Notes: a model not told the origin generated them from the letters alone. A stretch of 32,000 nucleotides of DNA from Gemmata obscuriglobus (GCF_008065095.1 NZ_CP042911.1:1680001-1712000); one strand, 5' to 3'. Numbered from the stretch's first letter, positions 22,928 through 32,000 are shown. Numbers and translations: made by a program.

Positions 22928-23947
22928 TTATCTCGACGGGCCGCTTGCAGCACTTCGGAAAGACGGCATCCCGGTGCCGTTTCGAGCCCAAACATAGGCT
23001 GTCGCGGCACTCCCAGACCGGCGGCTGAGACGGGTCTTCCCGACGTTCACCATCGACCCTTTGCAGCAAGCGCATTTTCCCCTGAGCTTCTTCGCCAAAG
23101 CCCGTCCTTCTGATGACGGGTGGCACACCTGCCCATCGCGGGTGGGGTTCACCAGCAGTCCATGCCGCTCCAGGTGCTGAACGCCCTCAATGTACGGTAT
23201 GGCGGCGTCCCCATCCCGTGAGCTCGTGATTTCGGTCATGTCGATCAAGACTGCGAAGCCCGCCTCCAACCCGACCCGAACAAAGAGGAGCATTTTGGTC
23301 CGCGAGTCGATCAGGCGGGTCAGGAACTCCACCTCCTCGGGCGTGGGCTCAAAGGCCGGCGGCTGCATGGTCGGGACGTGAGACGGAAGAAGGCCGACAT
23401 CGACCGCCTTCCCGATCCAGGTGAGGAGGAGACCGTCGAACGCCTCCCGTCGGACCGGCGTTCCCGTCGTCGCAAACGCGGACAGGCGGGCGACCAGGGC
23501 ATTCACGACGATCTCTCGCATCGGCGGTGAGCGGATGCCGAGTTGGCGGGCCTGGAAGTAGTGATCCAACTGGTGGGCGGCCTGGTGGATGAGCCCGCCG
23601 AGATCCAGATTGTGCGGGGCGGGAACCTGCACCCGCCCGTGCGCCCCCAAGTCGATTACGCCTTGCGACGCCGGCCCAATAGGGCGGATCTCGTACTCGT
23701 CGGCGGCTATCGACCTTTCGAGATCCTCAGCCCAGCTCTTCGTATCGGGGACGCTGATCTGGTTCTGGGACGACTTGACTTGCACGACCTTCCGGCGACC
23801 CGGATACTCCCAGAGGATGTCGACCGTGTCGGAAGACACGTCCGGCTCCAACGCCAGGGAGGACCAGTCGTGGTCGTTCGCCGGTGCGTCGAGCACGGAG
23901 ATCAACGCCTGAACCAGATAACCTCGCCCCCCGGCCTGCCCACTCAT
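22928..23947 (-). CDS. PD-(D/E)xK-type nuclease-like protein (Cap4/DUF4297-like N-terminus); 3' end uncertain
   Basis: ATG preceded by 'gagg'. The N-terminus 'GGRGYLVQALISVLDA...LALEPD...VDILWEYPGRRKVVQVKSSQ' fits the G..GY..Q ... E.D ... (Q)VK pattern. The last ~50 aa look like non-coding read-through. Confidence 0.45.
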   Translation of the reverse strand: MSGQAGGRGYLVQALISVLDAPANDHDWSSLALEPDVSSDTVDILWEYPGRRKVVQVKSSQNQISVPDTKSWAEDLERSIAADEYEIRPIGPASQGVIDLGAHGRVQVPAPHNLDLGGLIHQAAHQLDHYFQARQLGIRSPPMREIVVNALVARLSAFATTGTPVRREAFDGLLLTWIGKAVDVGLLPSHVPTMQPPAFEPTPEEVEFLTRLIDSRTKMLLFVRVGLEAGFAVLIDMTEITSSRDGDAAIPYIEGVQHLERHGLLVNPTRDGQVCHPSSEGRALAKKLRGKCACCKGSMVNVGKTRLSRRSGSAATAYVWARNGTGMPSFRSAASGPSR

Positions 23948-23998
23948 GGCGGCCTCGGTGTTGCAGCAACGAACAGGAAACGCTCCCGGATAATAACC

Positions 23999-24250
23999 TC
24001 ACCACGCACGCAGTACCCGGGTCGCCAGGGTGTGGCGCGCCGGCGACGGGAGAATGCTGGCGATGCTCGCCAGGTTAATGGTAACCTGAGCGACAACGGC
24101 CGCAAATACAGCGATCCGGGCACGCCATCGGGCGCGATCCGCGAGCAACTCACGCACCTTCGCCGTCGCCTCTTCCGTTCGTGCGTCTGCGTTCCTGTGC
24201 GGGCGGTACTCCGGCCACAGATCATTCGCCACGACCGACGGAGAGGTCAC
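23999..24250 (-). CDS. small hypothetical membrane protein (83 aa), upstream of the nuclease-like gene
   Basis: GTG start with a weak RBS. One TM 'IAVFAAVVAQVTINLASIASIL'. Same strand as the nuclease-like gene and 51 nt upstream of it. Confidence 0.3.
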   Translation of the reverse strand: MTSPSVVANDLWPEYRPHRNADARTEEATAKVRELLADRARWRARIAVFAAVVAQVTINLASIASILPSPARHTLATRVLRAW

Positions 24251-24417
24251 AATCGCTCTACTCGTCCGTGCCGCGTCCGGGTCTGGTTTTCTGGTTTCGT
24301 TGCACTCGCCTACTGACGCAGACAGGTGGCGAACACAGTCGGCAAAATGACCGAGTCCGTTGTTGCGTGTTGCGACTTCCTGACCGTTGGCCCCAAACTT
24401 CCGAGCGGAGCAGGCCC

Positions 24418-26469
24418 ATGTTCGCCGTCTTCGAGTGCGTGGCGCTAGCGGTCAAGGAGCACGGGGTGCATGGGCTGGCCGAACTGGTCCCCGGCGGGCA
24501 GTACGTGGCCAAGGTCGCCCAGCAGGCGTATGCGCTGTACTGCGAGCGGAAGAAGGCCGAGGCGTTCCGGGAGGAGATCGCGAAGGCCGCCGCCAGCAGC
24601 GCCGACGAGGCCAAGAAGGTCGCCGAACAGGTCGCGCGGCAGGTGGTGAACGAGGGCTCGATCGAGGACCGGCTCACCCTCGAACTGTACCTGACCCAAC
24701 TGCCGGGGGCGGTGCGGCAGTCGCTGAAGCGCGCCGACGACCCGACCGGGCAGACGGTCCCGCCGGACTTCGCGATCGGGGAGCCCGAGGACCTGGCGAA
24801 GCTCCTCCCGATGCGGGTGCCGCACTTCCGGCCCGGCGCGGACCTCCCCGGGCGCCCGGGGTGGAAGCTCGAAGAGTTGCTCGGCGCCGGCGGGTTCGGC
24901 GAGGTGTGGCTGGCGCGGCACGGCTTCCTCCCGCAGCCGCGGGCGGTGAAGTTCTGTACCGACGCGAAGGTGCGCGCGAAACTCACCTCGCACGAGGGCC
25001 GGGTGATCGCCCGCGTGATGGAGCAGGGGCCGCACCCGAACGTCGTCCCGCTCCTCGATGCGGTACTCGACGGCGAGGCCCCGTGGCTGATGTACGAGTA
25101 CGTGGGCGGCGGGAGCCTGATCGACCTCATCCACCGGTGGCAGGCGCTCCCGGAGGCGGAACGGGAAGCGGCGACGGCGCTCGCGATCGGGCAACTGGCC
25201 GGCGCGGTGGGCGCGTTTCACCGGCTCAGCCCCGCGATCGTTCACCGCGACCTGAAGCCGGCGAACATCCTATTTCACGTCGACGCGCGGCCGAGCGGCT
25301 CTGCCGCCGACGTGCGCCTTCGGATCACCGATTTCGGCATCGGCGGGGTGGCGGTCGATTACCTGCGAACGAACCCGGCCGGCCTGTCGATGATGACCGG
25401 CTGGCTCGAAACGTCGCTGCGCGGGTCGTACACGCCGCTGTACGCCAGCCCCCAGCAGGCCCGCGGCGCGAAACCGGACCCGCGCGACGACGTTCACGCG
25501 CTCGGGGTGATCGCGTTCCAAATGCTAACGGGCAAACTCGCCGAGGCGCCCGGGACGCGGTTCGAGCGCGAACTCAAACGCCGCAACGTGTCCGATGAAC
25601 TGATCGAGATCGTGGGCGACTGCGTGGACACCGAGCCGACCGGGCGGCCGAAGGACGCGGCCGAGCTGGCGGAGCGGTTGGGCAAGTTGCGCGGCGGGAA
25701 GAGCCCGGTCTCCGAACCGGCCCGGGTGGGTAGTCCGCCCGCTCCGGTCCCTGTTTCGGCCCCTGTCCCAGCGGCGAAGGATGAGAAGGTGCCCGCGGAA
25801 CCGAAACGGGCGGGCGGCTCGTCGGCAGTGAAGCCTGCGGTGCCGTCCGCACCCTCGCGAGAGGGGCGAGGGGCGGCGCTCCCGACCCCGTCGGGGCTCG
25901 AAGGCGGCTCGGCGCCGGTGTCGATCGTCGCGCAGGCGGTGCCGGCCGAACCCGAGAAGTGGCTGATCCCGCTGCGCGGGCAATGGTTCTCCCGGGCTAC
26001 CAACGGACTGGACGCTCAGTGGACGCCGGGTGGCGCAAAACTACCCGGTGAGGTGGTCGCGAAGCCCGGGGAAGTGTACCGCCTTTCCCTCAATCCCGAC
26101 ACAACCGGCGACGCCGAACTTGTCAAACTTAAGGCGCTTGCCGGTTTGCCGGGGCTCGAAGCCGTCGACCTGTCGGGCTGCGTTCGCGTCACAGACGCCG
26201 GGCTGATGCACCTCGCGAGCCTGCGCGGGCTGAAGGCCGTGGGGCTCGCCGACACCCAGGTCACCGATTCGGGCGTAACACTATTGCTGACACGCTTTCC
26301 TGACCTGGAAGCCGTCGGGCTGGCGAACACCGCTTACGTTTCGCCGACCGTGATCCCGTACCTCGCGAGGATGCGGAAGCTGAAACGGCTCGCGCTGCCC
26401 CCGCGGGCCGACACCATCGACGTGCGGGTCGAGTTTCAGAAGCGCCGGCCCGCGTGCCAGTTGGTGTAA
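24418..26469 (+). CDS. Ser/Thr protein kinase with C-terminal leucine-rich repeats
   Basis: The first ATG of ORF 24181..26469 gives 'MFAVFE...'. Kinase motifs: 'LGAGGFGEVWLARH', 'RAVKF', 'IVHRDLKPANILF', 'ITDFGIGG', 'YTPLYASPQQ'. A Pro/Ala-rich linker follows. The C-terminal LRRs read 'LPGLEAVDLSGCVRVTDAGLMHLASLRGLKAVGLADTQVTDSGVTLLLTRFPDLEAVGLANT'. Confidence 0.85.
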   Translation: MFAVFECVALAVKEHGVHGLAELVPGGQYVAKVAQQAYALYCERKKAEAFREEIAKAAASSADEAKKVAEQVARQVVNEGSIEDRLTLELYLTQLPGAVRQSLKRADDPTGQTVPPDFAIGEPEDLAKLLPMRVPHFRPGADLPGRPGWKLEELLGAGGFGEVWLARHGFLPQPRAVKFCTDAKVRAKLTSHEGRVIARVMEQGPHPNVVPLLDAVLDGEAPWLMYEYVGGGSLIDLIHRWQALPEAEREAATALAIGQLAGAVGAFHRLSPAIVHRDLKPANILFHVDARPSGSAADVRLRITDFGIGGVAVDYLRTNPAGLSMMTGWLETSLRGSYTPLYASPQQARGAKPDPRDDVHALGVIAFQMLTGKLAEAPGTRFERELKRRNVSDELIEIVGDCVDTEPTGRPKDAAELAERLGKLRGGKSPVSEPARVGSPPAPVPVSAPVPAAKDEKVPAEPKRAGGSSAVKPAVPSAPSREGRGAALPTPSGLEGGSAPVSIVAQAVPAEPEKWLIPLRGQWFSRATNGLDAQWTPGGAKLPGEVVAKPGEVYRLSLNPDTTGDAELVKLKALAGLPGLEAVDLSGCVRVTDAGLMHLASLRGLKAVGLADTQVTDSGVTLLLTRFPDLEAVGLANTAYVSPTVIPYLARMRKLKRLALPPRADTIDVRVEFQKRRPACQLV

Positions 26470-26508
26470 ACTGTTCGGAACTCACTTCCTGATATGGAGG
26501 TTAGTCCG

Positions 26509-27119
26509 ATGACCAAGACGCCGCTCGACGGCGAAGCGATCTTCACCATCACCGATTTCCTCACGCCGGAGGAATGCGCCCAGTTCATTGCCCAGAGCGA
26601 GGCCGTTGGGTTCGGAGACGCGCCGCTTGCCGGTGGCGAGGTGGTCAAGTCGTTCCGCGACAACGACCGGGCAACGCTCGACGACCCGGCCCTCGCGGCG
26701 CGCCTCTTCGAGCGCGCGAGGGCGTTCCTGCCATCAGTTATTGAGGGGCACGAGCTGGTCGATTTCAACGAGCGGTGGCGCTTCTACCGGTACGGCCCCG
26801 GGCAGACGTTCAAGCCGCACCACGACGGGGCCCACCACCGGTTCCGGCAGCTCCAGTCGAGCGAATTGACGTTCCTGATCTACCTGAACAACGACTTCAC
26901 CGGCGGGGGCACGAACTTCTTCCACAACCTCCTGACGCACTTTCAGTTTGGTGTGGGGCCGTGGCTGTGGTGAAGCCGGTGCGCGGCACGGCGCTGGTGT
27001 TCCGGCACCGACTGCTCCACGAGGGGGCGGTCGTGGAGAGCGGGCGAAAGTACGTGCTGCGCACCGACGTGATGTACGGGCGCCCCCGGGGCGTGAATGC
27101 GGCGGGGCGGTCTGGGTAA
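26509..27119 (+). pseudogene. 2OG-Fe(II) oxygenase (prolyl 4-hydroxylase-like), interrupted by a frameshift
   Basis: Frame 1 reads '...FYRYGPGQTFKPHHDG...LTFLIYLNNDFTGGGTNFF...FQFGVGPWLW*'. The conserved continuation 'AVAVVKPVRGTALVFRHRLLHEGAVVESGRKYVLRTDVMY' is in another frame. The switch lies at the ggggcc run near 26955-26960. 'ggagg' precedes the ATG at 26509. Confidence 0.7.
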
Positions 27120-27233
27120 CGTCCGGTTGTACGGATTCGCTTGTCCGTGCGGTTCGTTTCAACTCGGGCAGACTGCGCGGTCGATACCATCGTGCCTAAC
27201 GTGCCGGTGTTCCGGTTTCTGCACGGGTGCGAC

Positions 27234-30200
27234 ATGCACGGATCAGCACGCTGCCTGCCCTACATCGCCGGGTTCGCTCTCCTCGCCCTCATTGCGACAC
27301 CGGGCTGCTCGCGATTTCATTATCGCGAGCGGGCCGACAAGGATGTCGCCGGGGTGATCTCTCAAAAGAACATCTTCCCCGACTGGCAGGTGAAGAAGGA
27401 TTGGCACGTGTACCCCGACCCGCGGTCGCGGTTCGCGGACAACTCCAATCCGGACCGCCCGCCGTACCCGCCGGACGACTTCGCGGCCCGCGTCCTGTCC
27501 CCCCATCCGCAGCGCCCCACGAAGAAGTCCGGGGTCGGGCGGGTGGACGGGGACGGGTACGTGGCGATGCTCGAGCAGTGGGACGCAGAGAACCGCGCCG
27601 GAGAACCGCCACCACCGGCACGCGGGGTCGCGGAGCAGAGCCCCGGTTCGGCTCCGACGGTGAAGAAGGACGGGGGGACAACCTCTCAGTGGCCGACCAC
27701 GCCAGGGGCGCGGCCCGTAGAACGCACCGTGGCACAAAAGCCCGCCCCCCGGGCGGAAGCTGACGGAGCGAAACCGGCCCCCGACCGCCCCGCCGTGCGC
27801 CACAGCTTGCCGCCCGGTTTCCCCGGTGCGAGCCCGGTCGAGCCGCCCGCGGCGGTCGCGAAACAACCGGCGACCTCGTCGGGCACTGCCAAGGTCGCGC
27901 CGAACGCTCCCGCCAAGCCGGGCGAGTTCGGTCCGTGGACAGCAGCGAACCGCACGACGCCCACGCCGAATACGGAGCCGGGGCGCGCCAAGCTGGCGCC
28001 GCCGACCGTGGTCGTCGTTTCGGGCAAGGACGAGCCGAGTGGTGTTGCGGTTCCTGCGGTCGGTCGCGCGCCCGTCGTGGTGCCGGATCCGGTTTCGGCG
28101 CCCGACGTTGCCCCGGCGCAGCCGCTCCCGCTCCCCGTTCCGGAGACGAAACCACCCGAAACAAAGCTGCCCGACCCGAAGCCGTCTGAGACGAAGCCGT
28201 CGGGCGAGAGCCCGCTCGGGGCGATGTCCGACCTGTACCCGCCGGTGCTCGCCACCGGCGACCCTGCGTCGGACTACCTTAAAGCGCTGGAGTCCGCACA
28301 ATCCGGGTACCGCATCAAGCTCGATCAGGCCGTCGAGCTTGGGCTGTTCAACGCCCGCGAGTACCAGGACCGGCGCGAGGACCTGTACCTGAGTGCGTTG
28401 CCGGTCACGCTGGAGCGGTTCAATTTCGCGGCGCAAGCGTTCTTCACCGAGCAAGTGGTTCGCCGGTCCACCGGGCGCGAACTGGGGGGCGGCGAGCGCT
28501 GGAACATGAGCACCACGGCGGGCTTCAACAAACTGTTCCCGACCGGGGCACTGCTCGCCGTACAACTCGCAAACCAGGTGGTCATCGACCTGTCCGGCGA
28601 CCGGCCGCAGACCAGCATCAGCAACCTGACGCTGAGCCTGGCGCAGCCGTTCCTCCGCGGCGGCGGGTTCGCCGTCACGCTCGAAGGGCTGACGCAGGCG
28701 GAGCGCACGCTGCTGTACGCGATGCGCTCGTACGCGCGGTTCCGGAAGATCTTCTACGTGGCGATCGCGGGCGGCGGCGGGTACACGAACAACCCGTACG
28801 GGCTCCAGGGGCTGTCGACGAACCTGGGGCGCGGCATCGGCGGCAACCTCACCGCCCCGAGCACCGGGTTCATGCCGCTGCTGTACCAGTCGGCGGTCAT
28901 CAGCAACCAGCGCAAGAACGTGACCGCGCTGGAGCGGCTGTTGCGCCTGTACCAGGCGTTCCGCGAGGGCGGGCAGCAGTCCGACCTCCAGGTGGGGCAG
29001 GTGGAAGTGCAGTTGCTCAGCAGCCGCGGCCAGCTCCTCGGGCAGGTCGGGGGCGTGGCGGCGGGCGGCGGGGGCGGCGGGGGGAGCGGGATCCGCGGGT
29101 ACCTCGACGCGCTCGACAACTACAAGCTCCAGCTCGGGCTGCCGGTGACCGTCGCGCTGGACCTCGACGACACGCCGCTGCGGCCGATCCGGCAGCAGCT
29201 CGGTCGGTTCGAGGAGGTGTACGCGCAGGTGCAGCAGGTGGAACTGGAGGCCGCGAAGTACGACCCGGCGGTGCCGGTGGCGCAGTTCCGCGGCCGGTGG
29301 CGCGCCCTGCTCACGGAGTCGCCGCTGGCAAAGGGCACCGCGTTCGCGAAGAGCATCGGGGAGCGGTTCGACTCGTGGGCGCCGGCCAAACTGAACGACG
29401 ACCAGGCCGCCACCCGACTGGCCCTGCTCCGGGAGGAGCGGCGGAAGCTGCTCGACGCCCGCGCCGCGCTGCTCGCGAAGGGCCAGCCGGAGCCGCCCGC
29501 CGACACCCGCCGCGTCGCGCTGCTGGAGGACGAGATCGACCTGGGCGAGTTCGACCGGCTGGTGCGGGTGTACGAGTCGCAGCCGTGGACCAAGTTCACC
29601 GGCCCGGCCCGTGCGGCGGCCCAGGCCGGCGCGTTCCGGGACGTGTTCAGCGCGTTCTACCTGCTCATCCTGGAGGCCCGCAACGACCGGCTGGTGCTGG
29701 TCCGGAACCAGTGGCCCGAGCTGCCGCCGCTCCCCATCGGGGCGGGCCAGGAGGGGAGCACCGACGCGCTGGCGGCCCCGCTGGATGAGGCGTACACGGC
29801 CGCGATCCGGGCGGCCCTGTCGAACCGGCTCGACCTGATGAACGCCCGGGCACAGGTGGTGGACTCGTGGCGCCAGATCGCAATTCAGGCAAATTCGTTG
29901 CAGGGGGTCTTCGACGTCCGGTATGATTTAACGAGCAGCACCCCGGCCGGTCGGAACAATGGTCTCGCGTTTTCCGCCGACCGGAGCGACCACCGACTGA
30001 CTTTTAACGCGGAACTGCCTCTAATTCGCCGCGCCGAGCGTAATAATTACCGTGCCGCACTGGTCTCCTACCAGCGCTCGCGCCGCACGCTGATGGCGTT
30101 CGAGGACAACATCACCAACGACGTGCGCAGCGACCTCCGGGATTTGCGAACCTTCGCTCAGTTGTACCGCATCCAACAGCGGGTCGTGGAACTCGGGTAC

Positions 30201-30542
30201 TCGCAGGTGGACAACGCCCAGGCGATCCTGCTCGCGCCCCCGGCGCCCGGGGCCGGGAACGACGCGGGCAGCGCCGCCGCCCTCACCCAGCAGGTGCTCG
30301 ACGCCCAGAGCCGGCTGGTGGCCGGGCAGAACTCGCTGTACCAGATTTGGGTCGCCTACCAGACCAGCCGGATGCAGCTGTACCTCGACCTCGAACAGAT
30401 GACCCTCGACGACCGCGGGGTGTGGATCGATGAGTTCTTCAACCGAGCCGACAGTTCCCGTCGTTCACCCGAGCCCGCCGGCGACCGCCCCCGGCAGCCC
30501 GTCGGTGAACAGCTTCCTGCCCCCCGGCCATTCGGACGGTAA
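27234..30542 (+). CDS. TolC-family outer membrane efflux protein with a long Pro-rich N-terminal extension (lipoprotein-like signal)
   Basis: The internal ATG gives 'MHGSARCLPYIAGFALLALIATPGCS'. About 330 aa of Pro/Ala-rich sequence follow. OEP-type repeats include 'LDQAVELGLFNAREYQDRREDLYLSAL' and 'AIRAALSNRLDLMNARAQVVDSWRQIAIQANSLQ...NYRAALVSYQRSRRTL'. Confidence 0.8.
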   Translation: MHGSARCLPYIAGFALLALIATPGCSRFHYRERADKDVAGVISQKNIFPDWQVKKDWHVYPDPRSRFADNSNPDRPPYPPDDFAARVLSPHPQRPTKKSGVGRVDGDGYVAMLEQWDAENRAGEPPPPARGVAEQSPGSAPTVKKDGGTTSQWPTTPGARPVERTVAQKPAPRAEADGAKPAPDRPAVRHSLPPGFPGASPVEPPAAVAKQPATSSGTAKVAPNAPAKPGEFGPWTAANRTTPTPNTEPGRAKLAPPTVVVVSGKDEPSGVAVPAVGRAPVVVPDPVSAPDVAPAQPLPLPVPETKPPETKLPDPKPSETKPSGESPLGAMSDLYPPVLATGDPASDYLKALESAQSGYRIKLDQAVELGLFNAREYQDRREDLYLSALPVTLERFNFAAQAFFTEQVVRRSTGRELGGGERWNMSTTAGFNKLFPTGALLAVQLANQVVIDLSGDRPQTSISNLTLSLAQPFLRGGGFAVTLEGLTQAERTLLYAMRSYARFRKIFYVAIAGGGGYTNNPYGLQGLSTNLGRGIGGNLTAPSTGFMPLLYQSAVISNQRKNVTALERLLRLYQAFREGGQQSDLQVGQVEVQLLSSRGQLLGQVGGVAAGGGGGGGSGIRGYLDALDNYKLQLGLPVTVALDLDDTPLRPIRQQLGRFEEVYAQVQQVELEAAKYDPAVPVAQFRGRWRALLTESPLAKGTAFAKSIGERFDSWAPAKLNDDQAATRLALLREERRKLLDARAALLAKGQPEPPADTRRVALLEDEIDLGEFDRLVRVYESQPWTKFTGPARAAAQAGAFRDVFSAFYLLILEARNDRLVLVRNQWPELPPLPIGAGQEGSTDALAAPLDEAYTAAIRAALSNRLDLMNARAQVVDSWRQIAIQANSLQGVFDVRYDLTSSTPAGRNNGLAFSADRSDHRLTFNAELPLIRRAERNNYRAALVSYQRSRRTLMAFEDNITNDVRSDLRDLRTFAQLYRIQQRVVELGYSQVDNAQAILLAPPAPGAGNDAGSAAALTQQVLDAQSRLVAGQNSLYQIWVAYQTSRMQLYLDLEQMTLDDRGVWIDEFFNRADSSRRSPEPAGDRPRQPVGEQLPAPRPFGR

Positions 30543-32000
30543 GCCGCGGCAGCTTCCGTCCCGGGCCAAGGGGCGGAAACTGCTCCTGCCGCTTGCGCTG
30601 GGTGGGACGCTGGCGCTGGCGGCCGCCGCGATCGGCGGGTGGTACGCCTTCCGCCCGGTCCCGGTCCGCAACGACGTGCTGCTCCACACCGTCCGGCGTG
30701 AGCCATTGGTGGTCACGGTCGCGGAGAAGGGGACCCTCGAGTCGGCCGACAACCGCGACATCGTGTGTAAAGTGCGGGCCGGCTCGAAGGGGTTCGCCAG
30801 CACAATCAACTGGGTCATCGACGACGGCTCCCGGGTCAAGCCCGGTCAGCTTCTGATGATTCTCGATGACTCCGCCCTGAAGGACCAGGAGGAGGAGCAG
30901 CAGATCAAGGTTGACACAGCCTCGGCCAACAAAATCAAGGCCGAGAACGATTACGACATCGTGGTCAAGCAGAACGAGATCGCCGTCGAGACCGCAAAGA
31001 ACGCGCTGGCTCTGGCCGAGATCGATCTGGAGAAGTTCACCGGGCTGAACTACGACCCGACCCTCGGCGCGCTCGCGGTGGTCGGCGGCGGGATGGCGTC
31101 GCTGTCCGAGACCGGCTCGTTCCGCCAACTGGTGGACGATCAGACCGGGCAGGTGAAACTGGCCGAGAGCAACCTGGAACAGTACCGGGAGCGGGCCGCG
31201 TGGTCCGACCGGATGGTGAAGCTCTCGTACATGAGCGCCGCCCAGGCCCAGGCCGAGCGGTCGAAGATGGAGAGCGCCGTCGAGGACTTGCGGAGCAAGC
31301 GGGCCAAGCTCGCACAGATGCTCAGCTACGACCGCAAACAGCAGCTCACGGACTTCCGGAGCAAGCGGACGAGCGCACTGCTGGCCTACGAGCAGGCGGT
31401 GCTGCAAGCGGACGCGAACCTCGCTAAAGCACTGGCCGAGAAGAAACGGGCCACGTCCGAGTTCATCCAGCAGGACGAGAAACAGCGCGAGATCTCGCTC
31501 CAGCGCGCCGAGTGCAAGATCACGGCGCCGAGCGACATCGAGCCGGACTCGATGGTGGTGTATTTCCGGTCCGAGTCCAACCGGTTCGGCAGCAGCAGCA
31601 GCCAGGGGCTTATCGAGCAGGGGGCGCAGGTCAAGGAGGGGCAGAAGCTGCTCCGCATCCCGAACCTGCACCGGATGCAAGTGAACACCAAAGTCCACGA
31701 GGCGATGGTGGCCCGCATCCGCGGCGATGTGCGGGTGCCGACCCACCTCGTGGACGGGTTCCAGGCGGTGATGCTGCTGAACACCGACCCGTTCGGCCGT
31801 CTCGTGGGCCAGCGGAGCGACCTGATCGACCGGGTGCGTGAGAAGTTCCGCAACCAAGAGTACAAGAAGCTGGCTGACGGGCAGAGGGCCACGGTGCGGG
31901 TCGATGCGCTGCCGGACCGCCAGTTCGAGGGCCACGTGCGCACGGTGTCCGCGGTCGCCAGCCAGGCTGACTCGTGGATCTCGGACGTGAAGCTGTACCA
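30430..32000 (+). CDS. HlyD-family periplasmic adaptor (membrane fusion protein), partial; runs off the window end
   Basis: Own translation in the frame of 30430: 'MSSSTEP...KLLLPLALGGTLALAAAAIGGWY...VVTVAEKGTLESADNRDIVCKV...VIDDGSRVKPGQLLMILDD...' It continues through coiled-coil segments to '...ITAPSD...GAQVKEGQKLLRIPNL' with no stop before 32000. The start is uncertain; GTG at 30508 is an alternative. Confidence 0.75.
   Translation, partial: MSSSTEPTVPVVHPSPPATAPGSPSVNSFLPPGHSDGKPRQLPSRAKGRKLLLPLALGGTLALAAAAIGGWYAFRPVPVRNDVLLHTVRREPLVVTVAEKGTLESADNRDIVCKVRAGSKGFASTINWVIDDGSRVKPGQLLMILDDSALKDQEEEQQIKVDTASANKIKAENDYDIVVKQNEIAVETAKNALALAEIDLEKFTGLNYDPTLGALAVVGGGMASLSETGSFRQLVDDQTGQVKLAESNLEQYRERAAWSDRMVKLSYMSAAQAQAERSKMESAVEDLRSKRAKLAQMLSYDRKQQLTDFRSKRTSALLAYEQAVLQADANLAKALAEKKRATSEFIQQDEKQREISLQRAECKITAPSDIEPDSMVVYFRSESNRFGSSSSQGLIEQGAQVKEGQKLLRIPNLHRMQVNTKVHEAMVARIRGDVRVPTHLVDGFQAVMLLNTDPFGRLVGQRSDLIDRVREKFRNQEYKKLADGQRATVRVDALPDRQFEGHVRTVSAVASQADSWISDVKLY

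Noticed and set aside
27243-28565. 440-aa reverse ORF and other overlapping ORFs in the Pro-rich region
   Set aside because: They lie opposite or out of frame to the TolC-like gene. Pro/Ala-rich GC-rich coding DNA is open in several frames.
30439-31935. 498-aa reverse-strand ORF
   Set aside because: It is antisense to the HlyD-like gene, whose forward translation shows clear family features. The reverse product has no motifs.
1-32000. CRISPR arrays, rRNA genes, riboswitch-like leaders
   Set aside because: I saw no regularly spaced direct repeats and no rRNA-like conserved segments. The only periodic repeats are short in-frame coding repeats.

Overview
High-GC bacterial chromosomal window. 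Hand counts on a few 60-nt lines give about 68-72% GC in the flanks. The gene content (many ECF sigma factors, Ser/Thr kinases, an LRR kinase) looks Planctomycetota-like, but that is inference only. From left to right: (1) 1-3043 holds a divergent Ser/Thr kinase / ECF sigma pair and a second ECF sigma operon. (2) 3685-9224 is a mobile-element-like block with a ParB-like protein, a VirD4/TraG-type coupling protein, five unknown envelope or small proteins and an excisionase-like HTH protein. (3) 9115-9225 is a displaced 3' fragment of a tyrosine-recombinase gene. It is followed by an AT-rich junction, a decayed IS1-like transposase gene, and an ISAs1-family IS with inverted repeats, an 8-bp target duplication and a frameshifted transposase. 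(4) 11.2-18.35 kb is a visibly lower-GC cargo block (about 48-58% on sampled lines). It encodes a non-canonical MotA/ExbB-type channel protein, two paralogous MotB/ExbD-type single-pass proteins that keep the transmembrane Asp, a TolA/TonB-like coiled-coil protein, a secreted protein, a multi-pass membrane protein and a convergent secreted YkuD/DUF5675-like protein. This is my best candidate for an undescribed system. (5) 18647-19941 holds an intact tyrosine integrase next to a tRNA-Arg(CCG) 3' half, read as an att remnant. (6) 20025-~21965 is a group II intron with a reverse transcriptase/maturase, inserted right after a terminator hairpin (class-C-like behaviour). (7) The right flank holds a thioredoxin-like ferredoxin, a nuclease-like gene plus a small membrane gene, a Ser/Thr kinase with C-terminal LRRs, a frameshifted prolyl-4-hydroxylase-like gene, and a TolC-like / HlyD-like efflux pair. 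No CRISPR array or rRNA was seen. Many long ORFs in the track are antisense or out-of-frame shadows typical of high-GC DNA and were not called.
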